IMG/VR virus record: IMGVR_UViG_3300046370_000598
Coordinates: 10,958-74,957 of that record
From: a virus
Strand: one strand, 5' to 3'
DNA length: 64,000 bases
Shown: one piece after another, positions 1-9,775 of the stretch
Layout: every line of letters starts with the position of its first letter
How positions within the stretch are numbered: the first letter of the stretch is position 1
Position numbers and translations under genes: made by a program
The notes under the pieces: generated by a model
Databases searched by the model: none
The model's input: the letters and a program-made list of their open reading frames with translations, nothing else
What the model was told of the DNA's origin: nothing

Positions 1-1
1 T

Positions 2-523
2 TCTATTCTTGGTGGATACAATAATAGTATCGGAGGAGGATCTTCGTTCTGCACCATAATTAACGGTGCCGGAAACACTATTCCCGCAAACTCCCAAAAT
101 GTTCATGTAGTAGGAGATTCCGTATCTGTAAGTTCAACCAATAATAGTGATAAATTTTATGTTGGATGTGCAAATGGACTTCATTGCGACGGTGACATAG
201 TCGCATTCTCAGCATCAGATCAAAGGCTTAAAGATAATATAACTCCAATCTCTGGATGCTTGGAAAAAGTCCTATACTTAGATGCTGTAGAGTTTGAATG
301 GAATGAAAAGCAACAAACGCACGTGGGTCATGACATAGGATTAATTGCTCAACAAGTCAAAGAGGTCGCTCCTGAGATTGTTGAGACAAGAAAAGATGGT
401 TACCTTGCTGTTAAGTATGAAAAAATAATTCCATTACTTATTGGTGCTACACGAGAACAGGATTGCCAGATTCAAGAGCTTGAGCAACAAGTTCAGGATT
501 TATTAGATAAATCTAACTGTTGA
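2..523 (+). CDS. 3' end of tail fibre with peptidase S74 intramolecular chaperone domain (5'-truncated by window)
   Basis: Frame open from position 2 (SILGGYNN...). SDQRLKDNI autocleavage motif, IGLIAQQV, C-terminal coiled coil. The ORF-track TTG start at 260 is internal. Confidence 0.85.
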   Translation, partial: SILGGYNNSIGGGSSFCTIINGAGNTIPANSQNVHVVGDSVSVSSTNNSDKFYVGCANGLHCDGDIVAFSASDQRLKDNITPISGCLEKVLYLDAVEFEWNEKQQTHVGHDIGLIAQQVKEVAPEIVETRKDGYLAVKYEKIIPLLIGATREQDCQIQELEQQVQDLLDKSNC

Positions 524-1346
524 TAGCTTTCATTAAGATTCTTGATTCTGCGGGCGGAATATCAGAATAATCATTCCATTCTTTTACAGAATCATTTTTG
601 TATTTTCCAGTCTTCCACCATTCCCTTAGTATGAATTTAAATTCTTCAAAGTTTGAGCAGTTTAGTTTTTCTTTAGCTAAGTTTTCAACCATAGAGTAGG
701 CCGTTAACGTTGGAGATAAATTTGATTGCATTCCATTCATTGGATTATTTGGGCTTGATTTATCTATTTCATCATCACCTACAATATGAACATTTAAAAA
801 GTTTCTAACACAACGAACAAACGCTCTATTGCAAGCGATTGTTTCTAAGAATTTTGTAGCAAAGCTACTTGTGTTATCAAACGTAGCATTAGCCATATCT
901 TGAAATTCTACTGCCTGCCCACTAGTTTCGTAGTTAGGTAAAAATTTCATATGGCATATCGCTGCCACGTGATCTATTTCACATTTAACTACTTCGTAAG
1001 AAACATCTGAAAAGCCTCTGAGTTTTGCGAGTTCTTTAATTCCGCTTAGCTTAATTAATAATTGATGATCTTTTAATCCAACTATTGATCTTGGAACATC
1101 TTTTTTTCGCAAATCAAACCAAGACTTGTTCGGGAATAAATGTTCATCCTTGATCATTGATCTCCAGTTTACAGATCCATCTTCATTAAATTCATAGTCT
1201 ACGTAATCAAGCAATCCAAATGGATTGCGTTTAAATTTAGCTGGTCCTTGATCGTAATTTTTAGGATATACGATTTGTCTTTCTTTTATCGTGACGTCAG
1301 ATTCTATTGTCACTGAATTATCTGTTGTAGTTTTAGTCTTTGCCAT
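513..1346 (-). CDS. Putative Rad52/Sak-like single-strand annealing recombinase
   Basis: GIKELAKLRG...FQDMANAT..N....FLETIACNRAFVRCVRNFLNV resembles the 'MAETRAKARALR' helix of phage SSAPs. Confidence 0.55.
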   Translation of the reverse strand: MAKTKTTTDNSVTIESDVTIKERQIVYPKNYDQGPAKFKRNPFGLLDYVDYEFNEDGSVNWRSMIKDEHLFPNKSWFDLRKKDVPRSIVGLKDHQLLIKLSGIKELAKLRGFSDVSYEVVKCEIDHVAAICHMKFLPNYETSGQAVEFQDMANATFDNTSSFATKFLETIACNRAFVRCVRNFLNVHIVGDDEIDKSSPNNPMNGMQSNLSPTLTAYSMVENLAKEKLNCSNFEEFKFILREWWKTGKYKNDSVKEWNDYSDIPPAESRILMKAINS

Positions 1347-2505
1347 AATTGTTGTCGTTATAAATTTTTAAGTTAATTTCATCTTCCCAAAATTCATCGC
1401 AATCTATGATTTGATCATGATCTCCAGATATTCCATGCCTCCAAGCAGCCTTGCTTGAGTATATTTTACTATCTGATACGATGACTTGTGCGCTTTTATA
1501 ACGAGTATTATGACATATTTTTTCATGATTGTCAATATCTTTTTTTGTTTTTTTATCAATAAGATGTACATCCCAGTCGAAAAATTTTAATCTTAAATCA
1601 TTTATTTTATTTTCATCTTTACATACAAGTTTTAATTTTATACCTAATTTTTGAACAGCTTTAAAAAAGTCTTCTGTGTCATCAGGTTGTACATAATAAT
1701 TAATTTGATGTATGTTGTTTTTTACTGCTCTAAGGTAATTTATTTGCATAGGTTGATCAAGGAAAATATTTACTTTTCTTGAGTAAGCCCATTGAGCTAT
1801 TTTCTCTTCGTCAAAATGTTCATTACCTAAGATGTTTGCGGGTTGATCTTTTGCAAAAGCTTTTGGCATGACGTGATTAGGAACAACAGCTAGAGACCCT
1901 GAGTGGTAAGCTCTTCCTATGTGAAGAGTTTCTAGATTGCTTAGATTGTTTGGTATATCTAGTAATTCTAAAACAGAAGATGCAATCTTTTCTGGCATTA
2001 TTGTGTTTATTGTTTTAGGATATTCTTTATCAGAGAAAGATGCTTTATATTTTTTACGATCTGGTTCAAGTAAAATATGATTTTTATTGTCTCCCCAGTA
2101 TGGCCCGCAACACTCTTTATATAATGTAGAATATAATCCAACTATTTTTTTGTCAAATCCTGAGGCAATATGTATGCTAAATGAATCAGTCCCAACATGT
2201 AACATTGAGTTTTGTAAGATATATGCAGATTGCTTTATGGATGTTTGCCCTTGATGATGAATACAATAACTAATTCTTTGTTCTTCTTTACCCCCTATTT
2301 GTATTACTTTTATATTAGCTTTCTCCAAGAAAGGATTTAACATATGCATGACATCATTATAGTAGTCATAAGTTTTGGATTGTATCCTATTACTTGCATG
2401 AAGGGTGATATATCTTTCAGATACAACTGGAAAATAAGATACATCTATACTGGGTTTATCTATTTTAACCCCACAGGATAATGCGTATTGTTCTACTAAG
2501 TGCAT
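1333..2505 (-). CDS. GT9 (heptosyltransferase-like) glycosyltransferase, C-terminal half plus extension
   Basis: LHVGTDSFSIHIASGFDKKIVGLY matches the GT9 'DSG..H.A.A' motif. ITLHAS...SKTY. Lacks the GT9 N-domain. Confidence 0.7.
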   Translation of the reverse strand: MHLVEQYALSCGVKIDKPSIDVSYFPVVSERYITLHASNRIQSKTYDYYNDVMHMLNPFLEKANIKVIQIGGKEEQRISYCIHHQGQTSIKQSAYILQNSMLHVGTDSFSIHIASGFDKKIVGLYSTLYKECCGPYWGDNKNHILLEPDRKKYKASFSDKEYPKTINTIMPEKIASSVLELLDIPNNLSNLETLHIGRAYHSGSLAVVPNHVMPKAFAKDQPANILGNEHFDEEKIAQWAYSRKVNIFLDQPMQINYLRAVKNNIHQINYYVQPDDTEDFFKAVQKLGIKLKLVCKDENKINDLRLKFFDWDVHLIDKKTKKDIDNHEKICHNTRYKSAQVIVSDSKIYSSKAAWRHGISGDHDQIIDCDEFWEDEINLKIYNDNNYGKD

Positions 2506-4403
2506 AAGTCGAATTGAATTTTATCTTTTCCATTATGAGGAAAATTCACGATTCTTTGAGTTCCTAAAAACGGAATGAAAGCTATTTCAAAATATCCATC
2601 ATTATCTAATTGTCCTTCCATAACAGGAAGGTTTGCTAATGAATCACTATAAGGTATGCATTTATGTATATGCGGGTTACCATCTAAAATTTCAAAATAC
2701 TTTGGGTTCGTTGAGAAATATACATTATATTCTGGATATTGTTTTTTAATATTTGGTAAAAGTGATGTCGCTAAATATATATCACCAATTCTTTCAGGCA
2801 TGACAATTAGCAATCTTTTACCTTCATCATCCTCATCTAATAAATCTGCTAATTCTACTTTTTTATTTTCTCTATTTTCTTTTTCTGCAACACCTTTAAA
2901 GTAAGCTAAGACGTCTTCTCTTGTAAGATCACTTTGCAATCTTTGCATCCAATGTTTGTGACCATCTTCTAATTCGTTTGTGTTTACTTTTAGTATATTT
3001 TTATACAAATCAATTATCCATTCTGAATCATTTTTTATATCAGGAGGATCATAATTAGGATCTCTTTCTTCTGGCTTGAAATCAAAATCCCAATCTACGT
3101 TAGGCATGTCATCTATAATAGATTCCAGTTGTTTGCCTATTACATCCACGCTATAATTATCTATAACGAACTTTCTACCTTTTGTACCCATTTCTTTACG
3201 CTTTTCTAGAGGCATATTGAAAACTTTTTTTAATTGATTTGAGATACTCTTTGGGTTTGTACTAGCTTTAATAAATTGAGTTCCTTGTTCTCTATATTCA
3301 GTCCAACTCAGAGGTAAACTTGCAGCGCTTGGGACACAACAATCTTCTCCGCAACTATAGTTTGTTACAAGGGTAATTAATTCTGCTAACTTCGCTTCTT
3401 GAATAGGTATTTCTTGACCGCCGCTAGTAAATGGATGGCAATAAACATCCATTAAATTATATACTTCATTTAGCTGTGTTTCATTAACGCCTGCTTTTGT
3501 GTTTGTGGTGACTTGAGATTTTTTTTCACCACAAAATCTACAATCTAAATTTTCACCTTGAAAGCTTTTTATTTCATATTCCTGACATTCTTTGCAAAAA
3601 TAGGTTGTTAAAATTTTTGAAGGATCTATATCTTTCTCTTTTATTAATCTAGGTATATCCCAACCTTCTTTCCACGAAGTGTGCAGTAATAACTTTGCGT
3701 TAGAGTCTGGATGTTCATCACAAAAGATTTTAAATCCTTCCAGTAGGTTGGGCACGCTTTTTCTTAATTGATTTCTAAATACGAAACCAATAATAAAATC
3801 TTGATGATTTAAGTTTTGATTTAATCTTAATTTTAATTTTGACTTTTCATCTAACTTATAAAAATTAGAAGTGTCAATAGCACCCCTAAGAGTCTTAACA
3901 TGATCTTGGCCAATTTTATTTAAGGATTTTTGAGCAAAGCTTGCCCAAGTATAGTAATTTTTTATTTTTGGAGCAGATTTTATTGCGTCTGGAAGTATGG
4001 GTAAGCTATCTAAAGTTGTCCATATCATGCAATTAATTTTATTCCACCACGTTTTTTCAGTGAAACCTGAGAAAGCCCATATGTCTTCCACTCCAATATA
4101 CACATCAGGTCTTTCGTCTTCAATGATCTTATCTATCATCTCCGCACCGTACCCAGCATTTCTAGCTAATTGCGGATCTTTTTGTAATTTTTTTAATTGT
4201 TCAGGATTGTTAGGTAAAGAACCCCTAGCTTTCCATGGTAAATTTTGTAAACTAGGATCTCCCCAACTAATACCATTTGAAAATTCTACAAGATCATATT
4301 TGCCAGTTTTTTGTAAATGAATTAAAATGTTTTTAACATGCTTACCGAATCCAGTTAAAGCTTTACAATGATTGCTATGAATTAATACCTTCTTTTTTTT
4401 CAT
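2496..4403 (-). CDS. GT4 (GT-B) glycosyltransferase with CxxC..CxxC insert, fused to a C-terminal GT9 N-domain
   Basis: TGFG N-motif, RNQLRK, SGGQEIPIQEA (EX7E-like), CKEC...CRFC. C-terminus LLIVMPERIGDIYLATSLLPNIKKQYP...ILDGNPHI. Confidence 0.75.
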   Translation of the reverse strand: MKKKKVLIHSNHCKALTGFGKHVKNILIHLQKTGKYDLVEFSNGISWGDPSLQNLPWKARGSLPNNPEQLKKLQKDPQLARNAGYGAEMIDKIIEDERPDVYIGVEDIWAFSGFTEKTWWNKINCMIWTTLDSLPILPDAIKSAPKIKNYYTWASFAQKSLNKIGQDHVKTLRGAIDTSNFYKLDEKSKLKLRLNQNLNHQDFIIGFVFRNQLRKSVPNLLEGFKIFCDEHPDSNAKLLLHTSWKEGWDIPRLIKEKDIDPSKILTTYFCKECQEYEIKSFQGENLDCRFCGEKKSQVTTNTKAGVNETQLNEVYNLMDVYCHPFTSGGQEIPIQEAKLAELITLVTNYSCGEDCCVPSAASLPLSWTEYREQGTQFIKASTNPKSISNQLKKVFNMPLEKRKEMGTKGRKFVIDNYSVDVIGKQLESIIDDMPNVDWDFDFKPEERDPNYDPPDIKNDSEWIIDLYKNILKVNTNELEDGHKHWMQRLQSDLTREDVLAYFKGVAEKENRENKKVELADLLDEDDEGKRLLIVMPERIGDIYLATSLLPNIKKQYPEYNVYFSTNPKYFEILDGNPHIHKCIPYSDSLANLPVMEGQLDNDGYFEIAFIPFLGTQRIVNFPHNGKDKIQFDLCT

Positions 4404-4984
4404 TAAAACGGCGCTTCGCTATCTTCGTCGCTTGATGAATTATTTGTTTTATTTTGGTAATTTTTATCTCTGTATTGCTTAGATTTTTCTAATTCAATTT
4501 CTCTTCTGTGAGAGAATAAGCAGTTGTAGTAAAAATTAAAAAAGGCAGATAATTCTTCAACCTCTCCGGGTTCCAGGGGGATCCTGAAAGTTTGATTTCC
4601 GTTTCTTGTTAAGTTAATGCCAAACGCAGGAATGGTTACCCATACTTCCTTATCTTGTTGTTTGACTTTTGTTTTCTTGTCCCAAGGAGAAAACTTGATG
4701 GAAGTTTTATTTTCTTCGTATGCATGAAATGAAGAGTATTCGTATCTATGTTTAAACGCACTGATGATTCCACCTATTTCAAACTCAGTAAATTTAAGGC
4801 TAATCTTCTTGTCTGGGTCACTACCATTACCAGAAAAGCTCCCAGTCTTCTTCTTGTCGTCCCAGCTAAATTGTTGTATAGCGTTAACGTATATCACAGG
4901 CTCTTTCTTTTTATCTAAGCCGATTGAAAAATTAAAGGCGCATCCAGCGTTTTTACTATTTGGTTTATATAATGATAATGACAT
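4403..4984 (-). CDS. Whirly/PC4-like ssDNA-binding protein with SSB-type acidic tail
   Basis: SLYK, FTEFEIGGIISA, SSFH and IPLEPGEVEELSAFFNF parallel plant Whirly motifs. Ends DEDSEAPF. Confidence 0.55.
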   Translation of the reverse strand: MSLSLYKPNSKNAGCAFNFSIGLDKKKEPVIYVNAIQQFSWDDKKKTGSFSGNGSDPDKKISLKFTEFEIGGIISAFKHRYEYSSFHAYEENKTSIKFSPWDKKTKVKQQDKEVWVTIPAFGINLTRNGNQTFRIPLEPGEVEELSAFFNFYYNCLFSHRREIELEKSKQYRDKNYQNKTNNSSSDEDSEAPF

Positions 4985-5046
4985 TTTTGTATCTGATTAA
5001 ATTAAATTTAATAGATACTATAATAAAAATCTATTTTCTCAATTAT

Positions 5047-5928
5047 TTATATATCTTTTATGTAATGACACCATGATTCTTCACTTGACAGTTCGTCGTA
5101 TTTTCTATAGCTAGATGTCCATTTGCTATTAGGTAAATCTTTTATTCTTATTATATTAAAATGCTTTTGCATTAAATGTATAGAATTATCTAGAAGAGGT
5201 TTGTCGAATTTTTTCTCAATAGGGTCATAATAAGAACTTATAGCTGATATAGCTATTAATTGCTCAGGAGTTAAACGTCCAACTTCGCGCTTCTTGCATC
5301 TGTTCAATGTCTCTGAGAAGACGGTTTTTAGTCTACTGGTTTCCCCAGCTATCAAGTGATCAGAAGGGTGGTATTTAAACTCTTTATCTTTTCTGAAATA
5401 AATATTAGATGTAACTATTTTAAACCAATTATATACCCCTGTTGATTCATTTTTAGTATCTCTATTTCTTTTTAAGATTTCTATTAATGGGTCTAGGACT
5501 GGATAGCTTTCATCGGATCTAACTTTTATAGATAGAAAGCCTGATGCGTTTCTTAATCCATTTAAAGTTGTTATGTTTTGATAAACCATTGGATTCTTTG
5601 TTTTGGTTTTAAATACAAAAGGTTGCGCTTCCGAGTATTTATTTACAATTAATTTTATACGATCCTTAAAAGGATTTAAAATATTAATATCATCTGTATC
5701 CCAGCAACTAACTACTACTTCTCCATAATTTAAATAATTTGGTATCGTGTTTATTGATCTATGATTAAGTGGACCTTGGATTATTATTGAGATTCTATTC
5801 TCTAATTGTTCAAATCTTCTTAATAAGTTTTTTTGTACAGTGAGTTGAAAGTTTGTGAATTCATTAACATATTCCAACCTTTCTCCTGTCTTGGAATTTT
5901 TTAAATCATGAGGATTCCAATTTTTCAC
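5047..5928 (-). CDS. WavE-like lipopolysaccharide synthesis protein
   Basis: ISIIIQGP, VSCWD, QNITTLNGL, KVRSD, HPSDH, PEQ motifs. Confidence 0.65.
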   Translation of the reverse strand: MKNWNPHDLKNSKTGERLEYVNEFTNFQLTVQKNLLRRFEQLENRISIIIQGPLNHRSINTIPNYLNYGEVVVSCWDTDDINILNPFKDRIKLIVNKYSEAQPFVFKTKTKNPMVYQNITTLNGLRNASGFLSIKVRSDESYPVLDPLIEILKRNRDTKNESTGVYNWFKIVTSNIYFRKDKEFKYHPSDHLIAGETSRLKTVFSETLNRCKKREVGRLTPEQLIAISAISSYYDPIEKKFDKPLLDNSIHLMQKHFNIIRIKDLPNSKWTSSYRKYDELSSEESWCHYIKDI

Positions 5929-6347
5929 AATAAATAATCAGAACATAATCCAAAACATGGGTTACCGCTATAGTCCCTAATATTGTCAACAACTATAACG
6001 CTTTTATTGCAAACCCTTTTACCTGGATAAGTCCATATGAAATTTTTAGATGTTAATGTAAAATCATCAGATTCATGCCAGAAGAAATTTAAAGTGCGAA
6101 ACTCACTTAAAATATCCATGGCTTCTAGGTTTTTACAATGAATCCATAAGTGTTGAGAGTTATTGCATAAAAACTGCATTGGACAAGGCGATTCTGGTTT
6201 GTCGTGACCTAACCATAGTTGATCTCTAGCCCAAACGTCAATCTCCACATCATAGCCTAAATCCAAGGCTTCTTGTATGTATTCTATTGTATTCTCTCTT
6301 TCTTTATTAGGTCCGTTTATATTACCTCTATGCGAAACAAATATCAT
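5925..6347 (-). CDS. Small glycerophosphodiester phosphodiesterase-like (PLC-like) protein
   Basis: SHRGN..GP..EN...GYDVEIDVW...LGHD...WIHCKN. Confidence 0.75.
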   Translation of the reverse strand: MIFVSHRGNINGPNKERENTIEYIQEALDLGYDVEIDVWARDQLWLGHDKPESPCPMQFLCNNSQHLWIHCKNLEAMDILSEFRTLNFFWHESDDFTLTSKNFIWTYPGKRVCNKSVIVVDNIRDYSGNPCFGLCSDYLL

Positions 6348-7704
6348 GTTTTAAAAATAAATTTAAATCCTCAGGAGTCCCTAGTCCCCACATTTTTTCT
6401 ATATGAAAAGTTTTAACTCTAGCTCCTATAAGTAATGCTTCGTTGTATACCGGGCATACATAAAATTCATTATTAACCCTTATATTCTTTTTTATCATTG
6501 ACTCGGCACATTGAACATAATCCGATCCCTTTTTCCAGAAATATATGCCAACTGTAGCATTATTGCTTATCGGCTTTTTTTCTGCAACCTCAGTGACAAA
6601 TCCATTTTCGTTTAATTTTGCGTAACTCCATTTAGGGTGAGTTGATTGAAAAGTTAAAATTGATCCATCTATGTCATCCGCCATGCATGAATACATAAAT
6701 TGATTACTTTCCCATTCTACGTATTGGTCTGAATTGGCTAGCACTAATGGTTCATCGTTATCTATGAATTCTTTTGCTAGTAATGTTGTACATGCTGCGC
6801 CCTCCGTCATACCTTCTACCTGCACGATCTCACAATTTGGAGAGATTAAATTTAAAGTATGCTTTAAGGAATATTTTTCATAATGATCTTTTTGTACAAT
6901 AAATATATGTCTAGCATCTATATTGAGATTTTCTACAACCCTTTGTATCATGGGTTTTCCATTAACATCTATGAGGGGTTTAGGAAAAGTATAACCTGCC
7001 TGCTCGAACCTTGAGCCTGCTCCTGCCATTGGTATTAAAACGTTCATTTTATCTCCTTGCCATTTTGGTGAAATTTTAGATTTTTTTTCTGCCTTGAGTA
7101 TAGTATTATATATTTTGTCAAAAGTCAAGTCGCTAGAATCTTTAACTGCGCATAAATGTGCTCCACTGCGTATCGCCGCTTTGCGTCCTATATGGGAATC
7201 TTCAACTATTATTGTCTCATCAGGATTAATTCCTAATTTGATCATGCATCTCATGTAGACTTCCGCACTTGGTTTAGGATTATTAACATCTTCATTTGAG
7301 AAAAGTAAGTCTATATAATCAAAAAAACCTTTTCTTATTAACATTAACTTGGATGTCTCTCGTATAGAGTTTGTGGCGCAAGCTAATTTGAATCCTTGTT
7401 CTTTTAATTTTTCTAAAATAGATCTTATTCTTTGATCTTGATTATAAGAATTTATTTCTTCAATTGTTTTTTGTTGTTTTAATTGCCATACTTTATTATG
7501 AAATTCTTTTGGTAGATTCTTTTCTTTTGTTAGTTTATTTAGTTTTTGTGTTGTAGTTAATGCATCGTACTTACAAAGATGTTCTTCTTTGCTTATTACG
7601 AAATCGCTGCTAATATCAAATAAAGCTTTATTTAATGCTATAAAATGAAGTTCTCGCGAATCAACTAATACTCCATCTAGATCTAATATTATTAATTTTA
7701 TCAT
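6328..7704 (-). CDS. HAD phosphatase fused to sugar-phosphate nucleotidyltransferase
   Basis: DLDGVLVD, KPSAE, VEDS (HAD). IPMAGAGSRF..GY..PKPLI (NTP_transferase). Confidence 0.85.
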   Translation of the reverse strand: MIKLIILDLDGVLVDSRELHFIALNKALFDISSDFVISKEEHLCKYDALTTTQKLNKLTKEKNLPKEFHNKVWQLKQQKTIEEINSYNQDQRIRSILEKLKEQGFKLACATNSIRETSKLMLIRKGFFDYIDLLFSNEDVNNPKPSAEVYMRCMIKLGINPDETIIVEDSHIGRKAAIRSGAHLCAVKDSSDLTFDKIYNTILKAEKKSKISPKWQGDKMNVLIPMAGAGSRFEQAGYTFPKPLIDVNGKPMIQRVVENLNIDARHIFIVQKDHYEKYSLKHTLNLISPNCEIVQVEGMTEGAACTTLLAKEFIDNDEPLVLANSDQYVEWESNQFMYSCMADDIDGSILTFQSTHPKWSYAKLNENGFVTEVAEKKPISNNATVGIYFWKKGSDYVQCAESMIKKNIRVNNEFYVCPVYNEALLIGARVKTFHIEKMWGLGTPEDLNLFLKHDICFA

Positions 7705-8435
7705 TTAATTAACTTGATATTTAGATCGCCAAAGTTTGATGAACCTGTTAATCTTGAGTATTTGATATTATTTAGGTTTAAATAGGTGGTTAAAATACAT
7801 TCTGGAATCTTGCACATGTAGTCTGGGTATCCATTATCCCATAAATAATCAATAGGTACCTCTATTGAGTCGAAGCAATTCATGTATTTTTTCATTATTT
7901 TAACTGGACCAATGCATAACTGATCATTAATTTGCCTAGGTAGGATAACCTTTTCATAAACAAAGCTAAATGATATAGGTTTTTTAAGTTCTTCTTCGTG
8001 ATTGTAGAATTTAACACCCTCATAAAAAGGAAATTTAAGTAAGTTTCTAGATATACAATCTTTTATTTCATGAATTTTAATTTGATCAAATACTTTTATA
8101 TCTGGTCTTATTCTTATTATTAGATCATATTGATTTTTGCTATTAATGCAATAATCTTCAAATACTTTAAATACTTTTTTCATTCCAAAAGTCATTGGTT
8201 TTAGTCCTGCCCAATAATCAATTGTATTACTTTTCATTTCTTCTTTATGATCGTTATAGTTCAATAAGGAAAATCTTTTTGGATTATAAAAACGAATGAA
8301 ATCTCTATATTCTTCATCTTCCCAAGTAAAAAGAAAGATGTCGGGTTGAAAGGGTTTGATTATATTGTCAACAATAGAATCTCTTGTTTCCTTCCATTGT
8401 CCAAGTTTTCCACTAAAGCATAGGGCTACTCTCAT
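7701..8435 (-). CDS. Putative glycosyltransferase-like protein
   Basis: RVALCFSG...DIFLFTW...YDLIIRIRPD...NDQL pattern typical of viral glycan-cluster proteins. Confidence 0.5.
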   Translation of the reverse strand: MRVALCFSGKLGQWKETRDSIVDNIIKPFQPDIFLFTWEDEEYRDFIRFYNPKRFSLLNYNDHKEEMKSNTIDYWAGLKPMTFGMKKVFKVFEDYCINSKNQYDLIIRIRPDIKVFDQIKIHEIKDCISRNLLKFPFYEGVKFYNHEEELKKPISFSFVYEKVILPRQINDQLCIGPVKIMKKYMNCFDSIEVPIDYLWDNGYPDYMCKIPECILTTYLNLNNIKYSRLTGSSNFGDLNIKLIK

Positions 8436-8739
8436 CTTTTCCTCTTATTTTCATACGCCCCTTATCAATTACAAATGTTTTTAAGACAGTGGCCATTTTG
8501 TTGCACGTTTTAAATCTATGGATATGGTTCGCTTTTTTTAATCTAGACATACTCGCCGAGATCTTGCCGTAAGACATACCTCCCAGGTCTTCACCTATTT
8601 TATCGTTTGATAAAAATATAGGTTTTCCATGTCCTGCTTTAGTTGCAAGATAGTTGTAAACAACAAGATCATTACCTATCAATTTACCTCTTACGACATC
8701 TTGGTGGATCACCATTGGAATTTGTATGAATTTTCTCAT
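8413..8739 (-). CDS. Winged helix-turn-helix protein (replication-initiator-like HTH)
   Basis: LVVYNYL....IFLSNDKIGEDLG.MSYGKISASMSRLKK. Confidence 0.55.
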   Translation of the reverse strand: MRKFIQIPMVIHQDVVRGKLIGNDLVVYNYLATKAGHGKPIFLSNDKIGEDLGGMSYGKISASMSRLKKANHIHRFKTCNKMATVLKTFVIDKGRMKIRGKDESSPML

Positions 8740-8746
8740 TCGTTTA

Positions 8747-8775
8747 ATCTTAAACTAAAAATAGTTTTTTGTCAA
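8747..8775 (-). promoter_or_regulatory. Sigma70-type promoter (leftward), leaderless
   Basis: TTGACA-17 bp-TAAGAT on the - strand, with ATG (8739) 7 nt after the -10 box. Confidence 0.75.
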
Positions 8776-8879
8776 GCAATATTCAAAAAATCGAATTCTG
8801 GACATTCAAAAAATTGTACAATGTTAATACTATAGGTATTCATTAATATATTTTATTAATATATATAAATATATAAGAA

Positions 8880-8908
8880 TTGACAAATAGTAAAAAAGAT
8901 GATATAGT
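8880..8908 (+). promoter_or_regulatory. Sigma70-type promoter (rightward), leaderless
   Basis: TTGACA-17 bp-TATAGT, with ATG (8916) 7 nt after the -10 box. Confidence 0.75.
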
Positions 8909-8915
8909 ATGTAGT

Positions 8916-9212
8916 ATGAAATTTATAGATTTAAGTGAAGATAGATACTTCTGTATAAAGTGTTCAGATTGGTCGGTCATACTTAACGCCGAAAATGCCA
9001 CAGAAGCTTGTACGTCAGCATTAAAACTTATGATGAACAAGAGGGGTAGTAATTTGAAATTATCATCAGTGATGATATCCAATGAATTAAAAGCTGATGT
9101 TATGGACGAAGATTATGATGAATTAGTCGAATACCATTCAGTATCAATGATGCTTGCAAATGCAGGATTTCATGAATTATCATCAAATTTAAAATCTATA
9201 CTAGGAGCATAA
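8916..9212 (+). CDS. Hypothetical protein
   Basis: ORF; start moved to ATG 8916 because the TTG at 8880 is the -35 box. Confidence 0.6.
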   Translation: MKFIDLSEDRYFCIKCSDWSVILNAENATEACTSALKLMMNKRGSNLKLSSVMISNELKADVMDEDYDELVEYHSVSMMLANAGFHELSSNLKSILGA

Positions 9213-9214
9213 TT

Positions 9215-9766
9215 ATGGGACTAATAGGAATATCGGGATTAGCGAGATGCGGCAAGGATAGCTTCTTTGAACTTTCTAAATCCTTCTTAAAGGATAGGGA
9301 TTTAAATTTCAGAAGGTTTGCATTCGCAGACGCACTAAAGGAAGAATGTGATTCTTTCCTAAAGGAAAATACTGGCATTTCAGCATTTACCGAGAATAGT
9401 AAAGAGAAAGAGATAATAAGACCGCTTCTCGTAGTTTATGGGACACATATAAGGAGAAAGATGGATAAAAATTGCTGGATATCAAAAATAGAACAAAGGG
9501 TTAAAAAATGTATAGCACTCAATCAAGTTGTATTTATTACAGATGTTAGATTCAAGAATGAGATAGATTGGGTTCATAGTCTACAGGGTACATCTATACA
9601 TATATCTAGAGAAAATAATATAGCGCCAAACGAGGACGAACTTAAGAATGATCCAATCTTAAAATCTTCTTCTTGTATTAAATTAGAGTGGGAAAACTTC
9701 TCGAAAGAAAATATGCACAAAATGTCGAATAAAGTTAAAAAAGTTTTAGAATCAATTATAGAATAA
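9215..9766 (+). CDS. Deoxynucleoside monophosphate kinase (T4 gp1-like)
   Basis: GISGLARCGKDS P-loop, FADALK, ITDVRFKNE. Confidence 0.85.
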   Translation: MGLIGISGLARCGKDSFFELSKSFLKDRDLNFRRFAFADALKEECDSFLKENTGISAFTENSKEKEIIRPLLVVYGTHIRRKMDKNCWISKIEQRVKKCIALNQVVFITDVRFKNEIDWVHSLQGTSIHISRENNIAPNEDELKNDPILKSSSCIKLEWENFSKENMHKMSNKVKKVLESIIE

Positions 9767-9775
9767 TTTTACATC

